Shown piece after piece: positions 8,534-17,113 of a DNA stretch of 42,644 nt (position 1 is its first letter; every line of letters starts with the position of its first letter). The DNA lies in IMG/VR virus record IMGVR_UViG_3300020045_009723, positions 1-42,644 of that record. One strand, written 5' to 3'. The DNA is from a virus (Duplodnaviria > Caudoviricetes). The translations under genes and the position numbers were made by a program. The notes below the pieces were generated by a model. That model worked only from the letters and a program-made list of their open reading frames with translations, did no database searches and had not been told where the DNA came from.

Positions 8534-9199
8534 ATGCCCATTGTTTATCGTAAACTATTTACGGACGAAACTGAAGAAGAATTGCTAAAAATGAGTCGGC
8601 AGGAAGCCACTTTAAACTTAACTGACAAACAGATCAGCTTTTGCGAAAACTATTCACGCACTAACAACGCAATATTGGCTGCTAAAAAGGCTGGGTATGC
8701 TCACAAATCATCACACGGTATTGGTTGGAAACTAAGGCAAATTGCTGACGTAAATCGGTACATTATGTGGTTGAAAGCAAGAGCAGCTAAAGGCGCAATA
8801 ATAAGTGCTGCTGAGATCATTGACCTGTATGCAAGAATAGCATTTGCAGATGTTACAGACTTTGTGACGATAAAAAACGGTAGGGTAAAGTTGATTGATG
8901 GTGCAGAAATTGATGGTCAACTAGTTACAGAGGTTAAGCAGGGCAGAGACGGAATAGGCATAAAGCTTGCAGATCGCCTTGCAGCCGCACAAAAACTAGA
9001 ACGTTATTTTGACGTAATGCCTGCTGATTGGAAGCAGAAGATCGAAGAACGTAAAATCGAAATACTTCAGCAAAGGCTGGAACTTGATAAACTTAAATCA
9101 GGGCTGGGAATTGCAGACACTATTGACGATGGGTTTATTGATGCTTTACGCGGTACTGCTGAAGAAGTATGGGGTGAAGGCGATGACGATATGTCCTGA
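8534..9199 (+). CDS. Terminase small subunit
   Basis: LTDKQISFCENY..NAILAAKKAGY HTH; IAFADVTDF; IKLADRLAA. Confidence 0.9.
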   Translation: MPIVYRKLFTDETEEELLKMSRQEATLNLTDKQISFCENYSRTNNAILAAKKAGYAHKSSHGIGWKLRQIADVNRYIMWLKARAAKGAIISAAEIIDLYARIAFADVTDFVTIKNGRVKLIDGAEIDGQLVTEVKQGRDGIGIKLADRLAAAQKLERYFDVMPADWKQKIEERKIEILQQRLELDKLKSGLGIADTIDDGFIDALRGTAEEVWGEGDDDMS

Positions 9200-9272
9200 G
9201 TGCGGAAATGAATTAGCACGCACTGGTGGTTGCATCATTTGCTTTGTTTGCGGGTGGAGCCCATGTCATTAA
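9183..9272 (+). CDS. 29-aa zinc-ribbon peptide
   Basis: MTICPECGNELARTGGCIICFVCGWSPCH, after a GGGGTG/AAGG SD. Confidence 0.6.
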   Translation: MTICPECGNELARTGGCIICFVCGWSPCH

Positions 9273-9439
9273 AGATCGTTAGAGTTAAAATGCAGGATGG
9301 AGTTGTGGTATGTGCACGAGATGAATGCAGCACCAAATACTGTCATAACTACATACCTACAAGATGCGTAGAAATAATGATACCTAACCCAAACAGAGAA
9401 TTTAAAGAAAAAGGTAAATGCAATGAACGCCGTAATTAA
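9263..9439 (+). CDS. Small Cys-containing hypothetical protein
   Basis: GGTGGAG SD, ATG 9263; 4 Cys. Confidence 0.55.
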   Translation: MSLKIVRVKMQDGVVVCARDECSTKYCHNYIPTRCVEIMIPNPNREFKEKGKCNERRN

Positions 9440-9608
9440 CCACGACAGAACTTGCATTTGCATTGAAAATTCATTAATAAATAAAGCTTGTAATAACCCG
9501 ACTTGCAAACACATTTCATTGGCAGAGGTGAATTGCAAATCCTGCTGTTCCGACTGCACATTAAAGAAAGATTCGTACTGCGACGTTAAAGCAGTGCCAA
9601 AGGAGTGA
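9423..9608 (+). CDS. Small Cys-rich hypothetical protein
   Basis: 9 Cys in 61 aa; overlaps both neighbours. Confidence 0.6.
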   Translation: MNAVINHDRTCICIENSLINKACNNPTCKHISLAEVNCKSCCSDCTLKKDSYCDVKAVPKE

Positions 9609-9871
9609 TTGTAGTGAAAGACTTTATTATATGGTTGAAGTCTGGTGAAACTATTCAAGGAACAGCAACCGAATCTTCACTTGATCAATTAGAACATGCA
9701 TGGAAACTAACCTGTGACATGGTTGGTAAAAAAATTGTATCGTTTAAAGAGGTAGACGGAAACGTTATAATTGATTTAGCTAGAATAGAAGCTATAGCAA
9801 TAAATGATTGTAAAGCAGAAGTTGTAGTGGTTCCGTTAACTGGACATGAAAATTATGGAGGTACATGTTAG
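9605..9871 (+). CDS. Hypothetical protein
   Basis: AAGGAG SD; GTGA overlap with the upstream ORF. Confidence 0.65.
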   Translation: MIVVKDFIIWLKSGETIQGTATESSLDQLEHAWKLTCDMVGKKIVSFKEVDGNVIIDLARIEAIAINDCKAEVVVVPLTGHENYGGTC

Positions 9872-10156
9872 ATGGCATCAATAATAAACGCTATACCTAA
9901 CCCTGTAGCTAAACGCGTAGCAGTCCATTGGAGTGAAGGTGATATAACCAAAGAGATACTATGTTTAGGGATGCAGGAAGCTGAACAGCATAGAGCACGT
10001 TTGAGAGTAAAAGGCTTTAGGCCCAAAATAGATTTAGTACATATTATTAGTAAATTCGTAGTAGAAATAGTAATGGAAAACTATGACCAATATGTTATAA
10101 ACGAAAGAAATAAACGTAGCCCACTAGGAAAGAACTCCAATGGCAATAGCAAATAA
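9872..10156 (+). CDS. Hypothetical protein
   Basis: GGAGGT SD. Confidence 0.65.
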   Translation: MASIINAIPNPVAKRVAVHWSEGDITKEILCLGMQEAEQHRARLRVKGFRPKIDLVHIISKFVVEIVMENYDQYVINERNKRSPLGKNSNGNSK

Positions 10157-11489
10157 AGCACCATTTAGGTTTGTTCCTTTTAGTAAAAAACAGAGGCAAA
10201 TATTAACATGGTGGGTAAAAGGGGTAAACGAAAAAACTGGCCAGCCTCTTTCCCCACACGCTGAGAAAGACGTTATCATAGCAGACGGAGCAGTTAGGAG
10301 CGGGAAGTCACTTATAATGAGCCTGTCTTACGTCCTGTGGGGTATGGAGAACTTTAACTATGTAAACTTTGGAATGGCTGGAAAGACAGTTGGAAGCTTT
10401 AAACGAAATGTTTGGCTATTACTAAAACTAATGTTAAGACTACGTGGTTATTCAGTTGCTAAAATACCTGATACGGATAGTTCAAATGCTTTCGTTGTTC
10501 GTAAAGGAGATGTAGAAAACTACTACTATATCTTTGGTGGTAAAGACGAAAGATCACAGGACTATGTAGCTGGATTCACGGCAGCTGGCTTCTTCTTTGA
10601 TGAAGTAACACTAATGCCTGAGAACTTCGTTAACCAATGCGTTGCTAGATGTTCTGTTGAAGATGCTAAGATATGGTTTAACTGCAATCCTGATGGGCCA
10701 TTCCATTGGTTTATGAAGGAGTGGATAGAGCAGTTAGATGCCAAGAATGCAGTAAGAATAAGCTTTCTAATGGAGGACAATCCGTCACTATCCAAGAAAG
10801 TAAAAGAGCGGTATAAACGTAGCTTTAGCGGTGTATTCTATGATAGATATATATTAGGTTTATGGGTAGTAGCAGAAGGTATTATTTACTCCATGTTCCG
10901 GAAAGAAATGGTTATACCTAGAGTACCCAAAGGAGTAAAGATCAACAAACGTTGGGTAGGAATAGATTATGGTCAGAGCAATGCCACAGTCTTCCTGCTG
11001 ATCGGCCTTGGTTCAGATGATAGATTATATATACTAGACGAATACTATCACGTGGGCAAAGAATCACAGATTCAAAAGTCCCCTTCAAAGTACGCCAAAG
11101 ACTTTAAAAAGTGGTTGATCAAAAATGGTGTAGAAGGGATGCCAGTAGTTACGGATAAGAAATTCATTGACCCATCCGCTAAAGGCTTTATGCTGCAAAT
11201 GCACGAAGAAGGTGTACGAGGTATATGGCAGGCAGATAATGAGGTGCTTAAAGGCATTGAGTTAATAAGCTCTGTAATTGATAACGATATGTTGAGAGTG
11301 TTGGCCCATTGTAAGTTTACTATTCGAGAGTTATCTGCTTATAGTTGGGACCCTAAAGCACAAGAACGTGGTGAAGATAAACCAATCAAACAGAACGACC
11401 ATGCATTGGATGCTTTAAGGTATGTAGCTAATGGTATTAGAATGATACTACAGAAACTGATAGTGGAGAACCAAAGGAAAGCGGCATAA
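10140..11489 (+). CDS. Terminase large subunit (PBSX/Terminase_3-like, probably headful)
   Basis: ADGAVRSGKS Walker A, FFFDEV Walker B, NCNPDGP, GIDYG, FIDPSA, NDHALDALRY. Confidence 0.95.
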   Translation: MAIANKAPFRFVPFSKKQRQILTWWVKGVNEKTGQPLSPHAEKDVIIADGAVRSGKSLIMSLSYVLWGMENFNYVNFGMAGKTVGSFKRNVWLLLKLMLRLRGYSVAKIPDTDSSNAFVVRKGDVENYYYIFGGKDERSQDYVAGFTAAGFFFDEVTLMPENFVNQCVARCSVEDAKIWFNCNPDGPFHWFMKEWIEQLDAKNAVRISFLMEDNPSLSKKVKERYKRSFSGVFYDRYILGLWVVAEGIIYSMFRKEMVIPRVPKGVKINKRWVGIDYGQSNATVFLLIGLGSDDRLYILDEYYHVGKESQIQKSPSKYAKDFKKWLIKNGVEGMPVVTDKKFIDPSAKGFMLQMHEEGVRGIWQADNEVLKGIELISSVIDNDMLRVLAHCKFTIRELSAYSWDPKAQERGEDKPIKQNDHALDALRYVANGIRMILQKLIVENQRKAA

Positions 11490-11495
11490 TAAACG

Positions 11496-11524
11496 TTTAC
11501 TTATATTATACAGTATGGTATACT
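11496..11524 (+). promoter_or_regulatory. SigmaA-type promoter of accessory island 1
   Basis: AAACG-TTTACT-N17(ending TGG)-TATACT. Confidence 0.8.
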
Positions 11525-11621
11525 GGTGGTAGGAAGGCCGTTTGATTTTAGTGGTTACTGAAGTTCAGAACACAAAAAAGTTAGAACGGCCTTTATTATA
11601 GCTTTTGAAAGGAGAAGGGTT

Positions 11622-11819
11622 ATGTATTTCTTAGCTTTGTTTTTTCCGCCACTTGCAGTTCTGCTGTGTAAGAAGCCGTTTCAATCTATGCTCAATCTAT
11701 TACTTACATGTCTGGGTTGGATACCAGGAGTAATTCATGCCATTCTAATAGTATCCGAATACAGTAGGCAGAAACAAACAGTAATGGTAGTTAATGCAGT
11801 GAAAGGAGAAAGGCAGTAA
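11622..11819 (+). CDS. YqaE/Pmp3-family small membrane protein
   Basis: LALFFPPLAV...LNLLLTCLGWIPGVIHA signature. Confidence 0.9.
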   Translation: MYFLALFFPPLAVLLCKKPFQSMLNLLLTCLGWIPGVIHAILIVSEYSRQKQTVMVVNAVKGERQ

Positions 11820-11930
11820 ATGGCTAAATTTGGTGAAAAAATCACTTGGGGATTGGTTACTCTGGTGTTTGGAATCTTATCTGTTGTAGCCATTGCAACA
11901 ACTATAGTGTATACAATCTTAAGGGATTAG
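11820..11930 (+). CDS. 36-aa single-TM peptide (not in the ORF track)
   Basis: MAKFGEKITWGLVTLVFGILSVVAIATTIVYTILRD; AAAGGAGAAAGG upstream. Confidence 0.7.
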   Translation: MAKFGEKITWGLVTLVFGILSVVAIATTIVYTILRD

Positions 11931-11945
11931 AGGAGAAAAACAGCA

Positions 11946-12119
11946 ATGAATGAAGATCAGCAAAAGCTTCTTGAAGAACTGATGGAGGTTCTAAACAAGA
12001 GCCAAATGGATGCATCTGAAATGTTTCAAGTAATATACGAAATAGAAATTAATTTGAGTAATTTAATGGATAGTGTAGTTAATCTTGAAACGAAAGAAGA
12101 TACTAGCCTGGAAGATTAA
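11946..12119 (+). CDS. 57-aa highly acidic protein (not in the ORF track)
   Basis: GAGGAG SD; MNEDQQKLLEELMEVLNKSQMDASEMFQVIYEIEINLSNLMDSVVNLETKEDTSLED. Confidence 0.75.
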   Translation: MNEDQQKLLEELMEVLNKSQMDASEMFQVIYEIEINLSNLMDSVVNLETKEDTSLED

Positions 12120-12136
12120 ACAATAGTTTCCTATTT

Positions 12137-12157
12137 GGAGCCAAAAGGCTCCTTTTT
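12137..12157 (+). terminator. Intrinsic terminator closing island 1
   Basis: GGAGCC-AAAA-GGCTCC-TTTTT. Confidence 0.8.
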
Positions 12158-12170
12158 ATTTTGGAGGTAA

Positions 12171-12491
12171 ATGGTGACAAACTTTAAATTGATCATGGGT
12201 GATGAAAAACTGCCTATTGGTTACGAATTAACTGGTCATGCATCAAATAGTATTGTATGTGCAGCAATCTCTGCTCTCGCTCATTCAACAGCAGAAGGGC
12301 TAGAGAAAGTACTTAATTTGGACGTTGTAGTTGAAACTGATGAGCAACGTGGTTATATGAAATGTACTTATACTATTGGTTATAGTGATTGTAAATATTA
12401 TGGGGCATTCGCTTTGATCAAAACGTTGGTTAACGCTTTGCAGTCCGTTGAACGTGATTACCCAGGAAACGTTATATTTATTATGTCGTGA
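12171..12491 (+). CDS. prp: Prp-family (DUF464) ribosomal-processing-like cysteine protease
   Basis: GYELTGHA...IVCAAISAL..T..GL His-Cys dyad motif; C-terminal L..V...YP.NV; 106 aa. Confidence 0.85.
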   Translation: MVTNFKLIMGDEKLPIGYELTGHASNSIVCAAISALAHSTAEGLEKVLNLDVVVETDEQRGYMKCTYTIGYSDCKYYGAFALIKTLVNALQSVERDYPGNVIFIMS

Positions 12492-12501
12492 GGTGAAAAT
12501 A

Positions 12502-14037
12502 ATGTCTTTAATATACGAGGGAATGCCTTGGCCACCAACTAACTTTTTAACATGGAAAGCGGCAGAGCATTCTGCTTGGTACTCTGGTGATTCAGAAATA
12601 TTAGCCAACTTTTATACTGGTTACTTGGCAAAGAACGTGCTTGATCTTCCATACACTGGAATCAACAGGGAACAATTTTGGGGTAGGCAAATAAAGAACC
12701 AAGGTGAAATCGTTGTTCATGTACCAATAGCTGGAGACATAGCAGAAACATCTGCTAATTTTCTATTTTCAGAATCGCCAACGATCAAAGTAGTAGAGGC
12801 ACATGAGGCATCAGCAAACAGCACATACAAGAAATCGCAATCATTAATGGACATTATGCTTGAAGAAAGCGGCTTCTTTAGAAAGATATTAGAAGGTGCT
12901 GAGGCATGTGCTGCCATTGGTGGAGTATACATCAAAATAGCATGGGATAATGAGATCAGTGATTACCCAATACCAGTTGTGGTTCAGAGTGATCGTGCTG
13001 TACCTGAGTTTACGTTTGGCATTCTAACGGCCGTTACGTTTTGGAAGGTTGTTCGTGAAGAAAAGAGCGGTTCCGTTATTTGGCGGTTACTTGAAAGATA
13101 TGAAAAAGGTGGAATAAGCTATACTTTGTACAAAGGTACATCGGATAGGCTTGGTAGGCAGGAGAACCTTAAAGCAATCGAGGAAACACAAGATCAGTTG
13201 GAATACGTAATTACGGTAGACGAATTGTTAGTTGTGTATGTTCCAAATATCCTGCCAAACAGACTGGATAGAAACTCCTATTTAGGTAGATCAGACTATG
13301 CTGGTATTGAAGGCCTGATGGACAGCCTAGACGAAGTATTTAGTAGTTGGGTAAAGGACATTGCATTAGCTCAGGGTAAAATCCTTATTCCGGAATCTTT
13401 CCTTGGGGTAGATGCTAGGGGTAATAAAAAACATAATCTGGATACAATGGTTTATGTAACCCTTGACATTGACCCTACATCTGTAGATGGTGCTAAGATT
13501 ACGGTTAATCAATTTGAAATACGTGCTGACGAATTTGAGAAAACCAGTTTAAATCTAATGGATAGAATAATCACATCTGCAGGGTATAGCCCGCAAAGCT
13601 TTGGGTTAAACATTCAAGGAAGAGCTGAGAGTGGCACAGCTTTAAGCATGAGAGAACGGAAAAGCTTTGCAACCAAAGGCAAAAAGGAAAAGTATTGGGG
13701 GCCAGCACTAAGGCGATTGGTGCAATTAATGACATTGGTGTATAACGAAGAATTGTCCGGAAGTATTGACGCGGACGCTGTTCTGTCAGTTGCTTTTAGT
13801 GATGGTGTAACTAATGATGTGAATGAACTTTCCAATTCAATTAAACTGTTATCTGATGCAATGGCGGCATCCACTTATACCAAGGTTGCTATGCTTCACC
13901 CGGACTGGGATAAAGAACAAATTGAGCAGGAAGTTAAAGTTATCATTGAAGAAAACAACCTTGGCCCACAAGAACCACCTGATCTAACTGGTGGTAACTT
14001 ATTTACCAATCCAAACGACAAATCAAAGCAGGTGTAA
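12502..14037 (+). CDS. Portal protein (A118/SPP1-type)
   Basis: Position after TerL; LGRSDYAGIEGLMDSLD, GYSPQSFG, ESGTAL; start ATG 12502 after GAGGTG. Confidence 0.9.
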   Translation: MSLIYEGMPWPPTNFLTWKAAEHSAWYSGDSEILANFYTGYLAKNVLDLPYTGINREQFWGRQIKNQGEIVVHVPIAGDIAETSANFLFSESPTIKVVEAHEASANSTYKKSQSLMDIMLEESGFFRKILEGAEACAAIGGVYIKIAWDNEISDYPIPVVVQSDRAVPEFTFGILTAVTFWKVVREEKSGSVIWRLLERYEKGGISYTLYKGTSDRLGRQENLKAIEETQDQLEYVITVDELLVVYVPNILPNRLDRNSYLGRSDYAGIEGLMDSLDEVFSSWVKDIALAQGKILIPESFLGVDARGNKKHNLDTMVYVTLDIDPTSVDGAKITVNQFEIRADEFEKTSLNLMDRIITSAGYSPQSFGLNIQGRAESGTALSMRERKSFATKGKKEKYWGPALRRLVQLMTLVYNEELSGSIDADAVLSVAFSDGVTNDVNELSNSIKLLSDAMAASTYTKVAMLHPDWDKEQIEQEVKVIIEENNLGPQEPPDLTGGNLFTNPNDKSKQV

Positions 14038-14039
14038 GT

Positions 14040-16109
14040 ATGACGGTATCAACTGAAATAAATAGTTTACTAGCAGATCAGTTGTTTGCCATTTATTCGC
14101 ACGCTGAAATGTTAATGATGGATAAGGTAGCAAAAAGGGTAGCTCGAGGGCTGACAGGGCCGACGTGGTCAACCGAGAAACTAGCAGATGTTCTATCATC
14201 TAAGGCAGAGTTAAAGGCTGTTGTAGATGACCTGACGACGATAGCATCAAAGAGAGTAGATTCAGCAATTGTTGATTCATATTTGAAAGGTGTTAATTCA
14301 GCAGAGAAAGATCATGGCCTACCAAGAACAGTTTTAAGGAACATGGAAGTTCCTGGTCATTTGCAGCGTTTGGTCCTAGAGTCCAATAAAATGATCGTTG
14401 GAACCAGTGCTCAAATACTTAGGGATGTAGACGATGTGTTCAGAAAAACCCAAGCAGAGGCAGCATCGTTAGTTCTTGCTGGAGTGGATACAAGAAAGCA
14501 GGCTGCTCAACGGATGCTGAACAAATTTGCTGATCGCGGAGTAACAAGCTTTGTTGATAAGGCAGGCAGAAACTGGGAAATGGCGTCATATACTGAAATG
14601 GCAACCAGAACGGTCACTGCTCATGCTGCTCTGCAGGGCCACATTGACCGTCAGGCAGTGATCGGAAATGATCTTGTAATAGTATCAGCCAATGGTACAT
14701 CATGTCCTATATGTCAGCCGTGGGCAGGTAAAGTTCTTAGTATAACAGGTAATACGGCTGGTTACTCGACAGTTCAGAATGCAAGAGATTCAGGGTTATT
14801 TCATCCAAATTGTAGGCACATCGTTACGGCATTTTTCCCTGATGTCCCTGATGCCCCTACACCTGATACATCAGCTTATAATCCTGAGTCCTATGAGATG
14901 ACACAGAAGCAAAGACACAACGAACGTCAGATACGTAGGTGGAAACGGCGAGAGGTTGTAGCAATGTCTCCACAAGAACATCAGTTTGCTTCAGGCAAGG
15001 TTAGAGAATGGCAGGCAGCACAACGTCAACTGCTTAAAGAATACGAAGATAAGTTTGGTATAGAGTTAAAACGAAAGTATGATCGAGAAAGTATAGTTAA
15101 TAGAACAGGAAAAGCTGGATCAGACGGCTCGCCTAATTGGACAGAATTTAAACCACGTTATATTGCTGGAGCTAAAGCAAAAGCAGTTAAGAAAACTGCA
15201 GTTAAAAAAGAAGTTGCTAAGGCGAAAGAAATACTTGGCTTTAAACCCGAGATCACAAAACCAACACCTATTCCAGAAGGTGCTAAGCAAGTCAATACTA
15301 AAAACATACCTACGTTGAAGCATTTAAAGGATAGGCAAAAGAAGTATGTTGAACAATCATTTTCCGCAACAGCCGACAACGACCCAAAATATGATGTAAT
15401 TAAAAACAAATTAGAGTTATTGGCAGAAAATAGTGTAACACGCACCAGGGTATCGGAAGAAGTACTAAATTATATTGTTGCCGATGGAAGGTTTAAGAAC
15501 CAGTTTGAGGTTGGTAGATCACGTGGAACATACGACCCGTCTTTTAGACGTCAAGCAAGCAATAAGTTGTTTGGTACAAAGAGAGGAACAGCCAAGGAAG
15601 ATTATGAATTTTATGGGTATCTTGGCCATAAAGATATAGTAGAGGATATAGTAGCGGCACATCCAAGGCAATATGGTGATGTTGTTGTTACTTTAAAACC
15701 GCATGTTCGTGAAAGAACAACGTTTACTATTGATGATAGTTTAGGTCCAGCAACAAACGAAAGAATGGTAGCTTCTTTGTTAGAAGATGTGAACCCTGTA
15801 AATTTAAGACTGAGAGATGCCGAAGAATTATACAACATGCCCGTAGAAAAGATGAACCCAGTTGACGTCGTAGACACTTGTTACATCAGGTATGTTGAAG
15901 CGCAGTATCATGGCGGTTTAACTATTGCCGACATTGAAAGCGTACACATAGAATCAATTAGTTTGGAAGATATTAGGCCAAGCACTATGGAAAAAATGAA
16001 AGAACACGGAATATCAGTTCACTCCTACAATGTTGGTGACGCTAAATGGTATGGCACGGATAAAGAGAAGCGAAGAAAACAGATAAAAGTAACTCAGTTA
16101 GATTTATAG
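14040..16109 (+). CDS. Minor capsid (MuF/gp7-like) protein with a C-terminal DUF3626-like putative toxin domain
   Basis: N-terminal DKAGRNW..Y.EMATRT, CPICQPWAGKV, GLFHPNCRH, QKQRHNERQIRRWKR. C-terminal FKNQFE..S.G, YGYL, QYGD, RTTFT.DDSL, YVEAQYHG. Confidence 0.85.
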   Translation: MTVSTEINSLLADQLFAIYSHAEMLMMDKVAKRVARGLTGPTWSTEKLADVLSSKAELKAVVDDLTTIASKRVDSAIVDSYLKGVNSAEKDHGLPRTVLRNMEVPGHLQRLVLESNKMIVGTSAQILRDVDDVFRKTQAEAASLVLAGVDTRKQAAQRMLNKFADRGVTSFVDKAGRNWEMASYTEMATRTVTAHAALQGHIDRQAVIGNDLVIVSANGTSCPICQPWAGKVLSITGNTAGYSTVQNARDSGLFHPNCRHIVTAFFPDVPDAPTPDTSAYNPESYEMTQKQRHNERQIRRWKRREVVAMSPQEHQFASGKVREWQAAQRQLLKEYEDKFGIELKRKYDRESIVNRTGKAGSDGSPNWTEFKPRYIAGAKAKAVKKTAVKKEVAKAKEILGFKPEITKPTPIPEGAKQVNTKNIPTLKHLKDRQKKYVEQSFSATADNDPKYDVIKNKLELLAENSVTRTRVSEEVLNYIVADGRFKNQFEVGRSRGTYDPSFRRQASNKLFGTKRGTAKEDYEFYGYLGHKDIVEDIVAAHPRQYGDVVVTLKPHVRERTTFTIDDSLGPATNERMVASLLEDVNPVNLRLRDAEELYNMPVEKMNPVDVVDTCYIRYVEAQYHGGLTIADIESVHIESISLEDIRPSTMEKMKEHGISVHSYNVGDAKWYGTDKEKRRKQIKVTQLDL

Positions 16110-16139
16110 TTTACAGTTAATATAGTTTTATGGTATACT
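16110..16139 (+). promoter_or_regulatory. SigmaA-type promoter
   Basis: TTTACA-N18(ending TGG)-TATACT immediately after the minor capsid stop. Confidence 0.7.
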
Positions 16140-16164
16140 GACATTAGAAAGTGTGGTGATTCAA

Positions 16165-16380
16165 ATGTTTGAAGTAATAGCGTATCGTGGCAGTGGTCAA
16201 TTCTTAGTTAAGCAGAACGGTAAGTATTATCTTGTAAACTTGAGAACTAAAGAAGCTTGGTTGGCTGACCCACCTGTTAAACCCGACATGTTTCTCAAGT
16301 TAGGCTACTGGAATGATTTTACGGTTAATTTAAGTGTGCCAGAGAGAGATCAGATAAAGGAAATACTTTCTAAGGTATAA
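16165..16380 (+). CDS. Small protein, candidate immunity partner of the upstream toxin domain
   Basis: ~71 aa, directly downstream with its own promoter; function inferred from position only. Confidence 0.6.
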   Translation: MFEVIAYRGSGQFLVKQNGKYYLVNLRTKEAWLADPPVKPDMFLKLGYWNDFTVNLSVPERDQIKEILSKV

Positions 16381-16399
16381 TTCCATGGAAACATTTTAA

Positions 16400-16428
16400 A
16401 GCTGACCAGTGATCAACCAGGAGCTGAC
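16400..16428 (-). repeat. Inverted copy of the 8029-8057 element
   Basis: Reverse complement GTCAGCTCCTGGTTGATCACTGGTCAGCT. Confidence 0.8.
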
Positions 16429-16494
16429 ACAAATACATAAATAGAGCCCAAAAGGTTGATGTAAAAACCAGCATCAATGTTTGCAAAATAGTTC

Positions 16495-16522
16495 TTTACA
16501 TTCCCTGTATATTTGATATAAT
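16495..16522 (+). promoter_or_regulatory. SigmaA-type promoter of accessory island 2
   Basis: TTTACA-N16(ending TGA)-TATAAT. Confidence 0.7.
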
Positions 16523-16568
16523 AGTATTAGGTTGTATTAAATTTTAGTACTCGAGAGGAGAACGGCAG

Positions 16569-16742
16569 ATGAAAGAATGGTTTATCGACTTCGTAAACCC
16601 AGAAACTGGTCACACCGATGCTGTTATTGTTAAGGCAGAAACTAGACCAGCAGCAATTGCAGAATTCCAAACCAAGTATTCTTGCAGTGATATTATGGAA
16701 ATTAGAGCTTGGAGGGAAAAGAATGAATGTAGTGGTTCTTAA
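16569..16742 (+). CDS. 57-aa hypothetical protein (not in the ORF track)
   Basis: GAGGAG SD; MKEWFIDFVNPETGHTDAVIVKAETRPAAIAEFQTKYSCSDIMEIRAWREKNECSGS. Confidence 0.7.
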   Translation: MKEWFIDFVNPETGHTDAVIVKAETRPAAIAEFQTKYSCSDIMEIRAWREKNECSGS

Positions 16743-17055
16743 ACCTAGTGGAGAGATCGAACACGTGGTGATCAAAAACTCATTGAACGACTTTCAAACT
16801 TTAGTTGGTGGTTATATTGAGGTTGTATCTCCTAAAGCGTTAAAACTTCCAAACAGTTTCGTAATGGTGGTCAACGAGGAAGGACGCTTGATAGGCCTAC
16901 CAATTAACCCTTTAGCTTCAAAGATTTATGGTGGAACAATAGTCGGAACGGTTGTATTTGTTAGAACTTGTGGTGATGATTTTGCCGAAAGCACATTAAA
17001 ATGGATTGATCATTTAATGCAAACGTTGACCGCTTGGAAAATTGTTCTTACATAA
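16723..17055 (+). CDS. DUF3846 family protein
   Basis: LNDFQTLVGGYIEVV...VVNEEGRLIGLPIN..AS...IVGTVVF; start ATG 16723 after GGAGG. Confidence 0.85.
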   Translation: MNVVVLKPSGEIEHVVIKNSLNDFQTLVGGYIEVVSPKALKLPNSFVMVVNEEGRLIGLPINPLASKIYGGTIVGTVVFVRTCGDDFAESTLKWIDHLMQTLTAWKIVLT

Positions 17056-17084
17056 TTAGTTTTTAAAATCAAGTCTTAAAGATT

Positions 17085-17113
17085 AAGGTTGCTCTTGTGT
17101 GGGCAGCCTTTTT
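17085..17113 (+). terminator. Intrinsic terminator closing island 2
   Basis: AAGGTTGCTC-TTGTGT-GGGCAGCCTT-TTT. Confidence 0.75.

Noticed and set aside
16381-16568. tRNA or other known structured RNA in the larger intergenic gaps
   Set aside because: No cloverleaf, T-loop GTTCRA in a stem context, or CCA end recognised by eye; tRNAscan and Infernal were not run.
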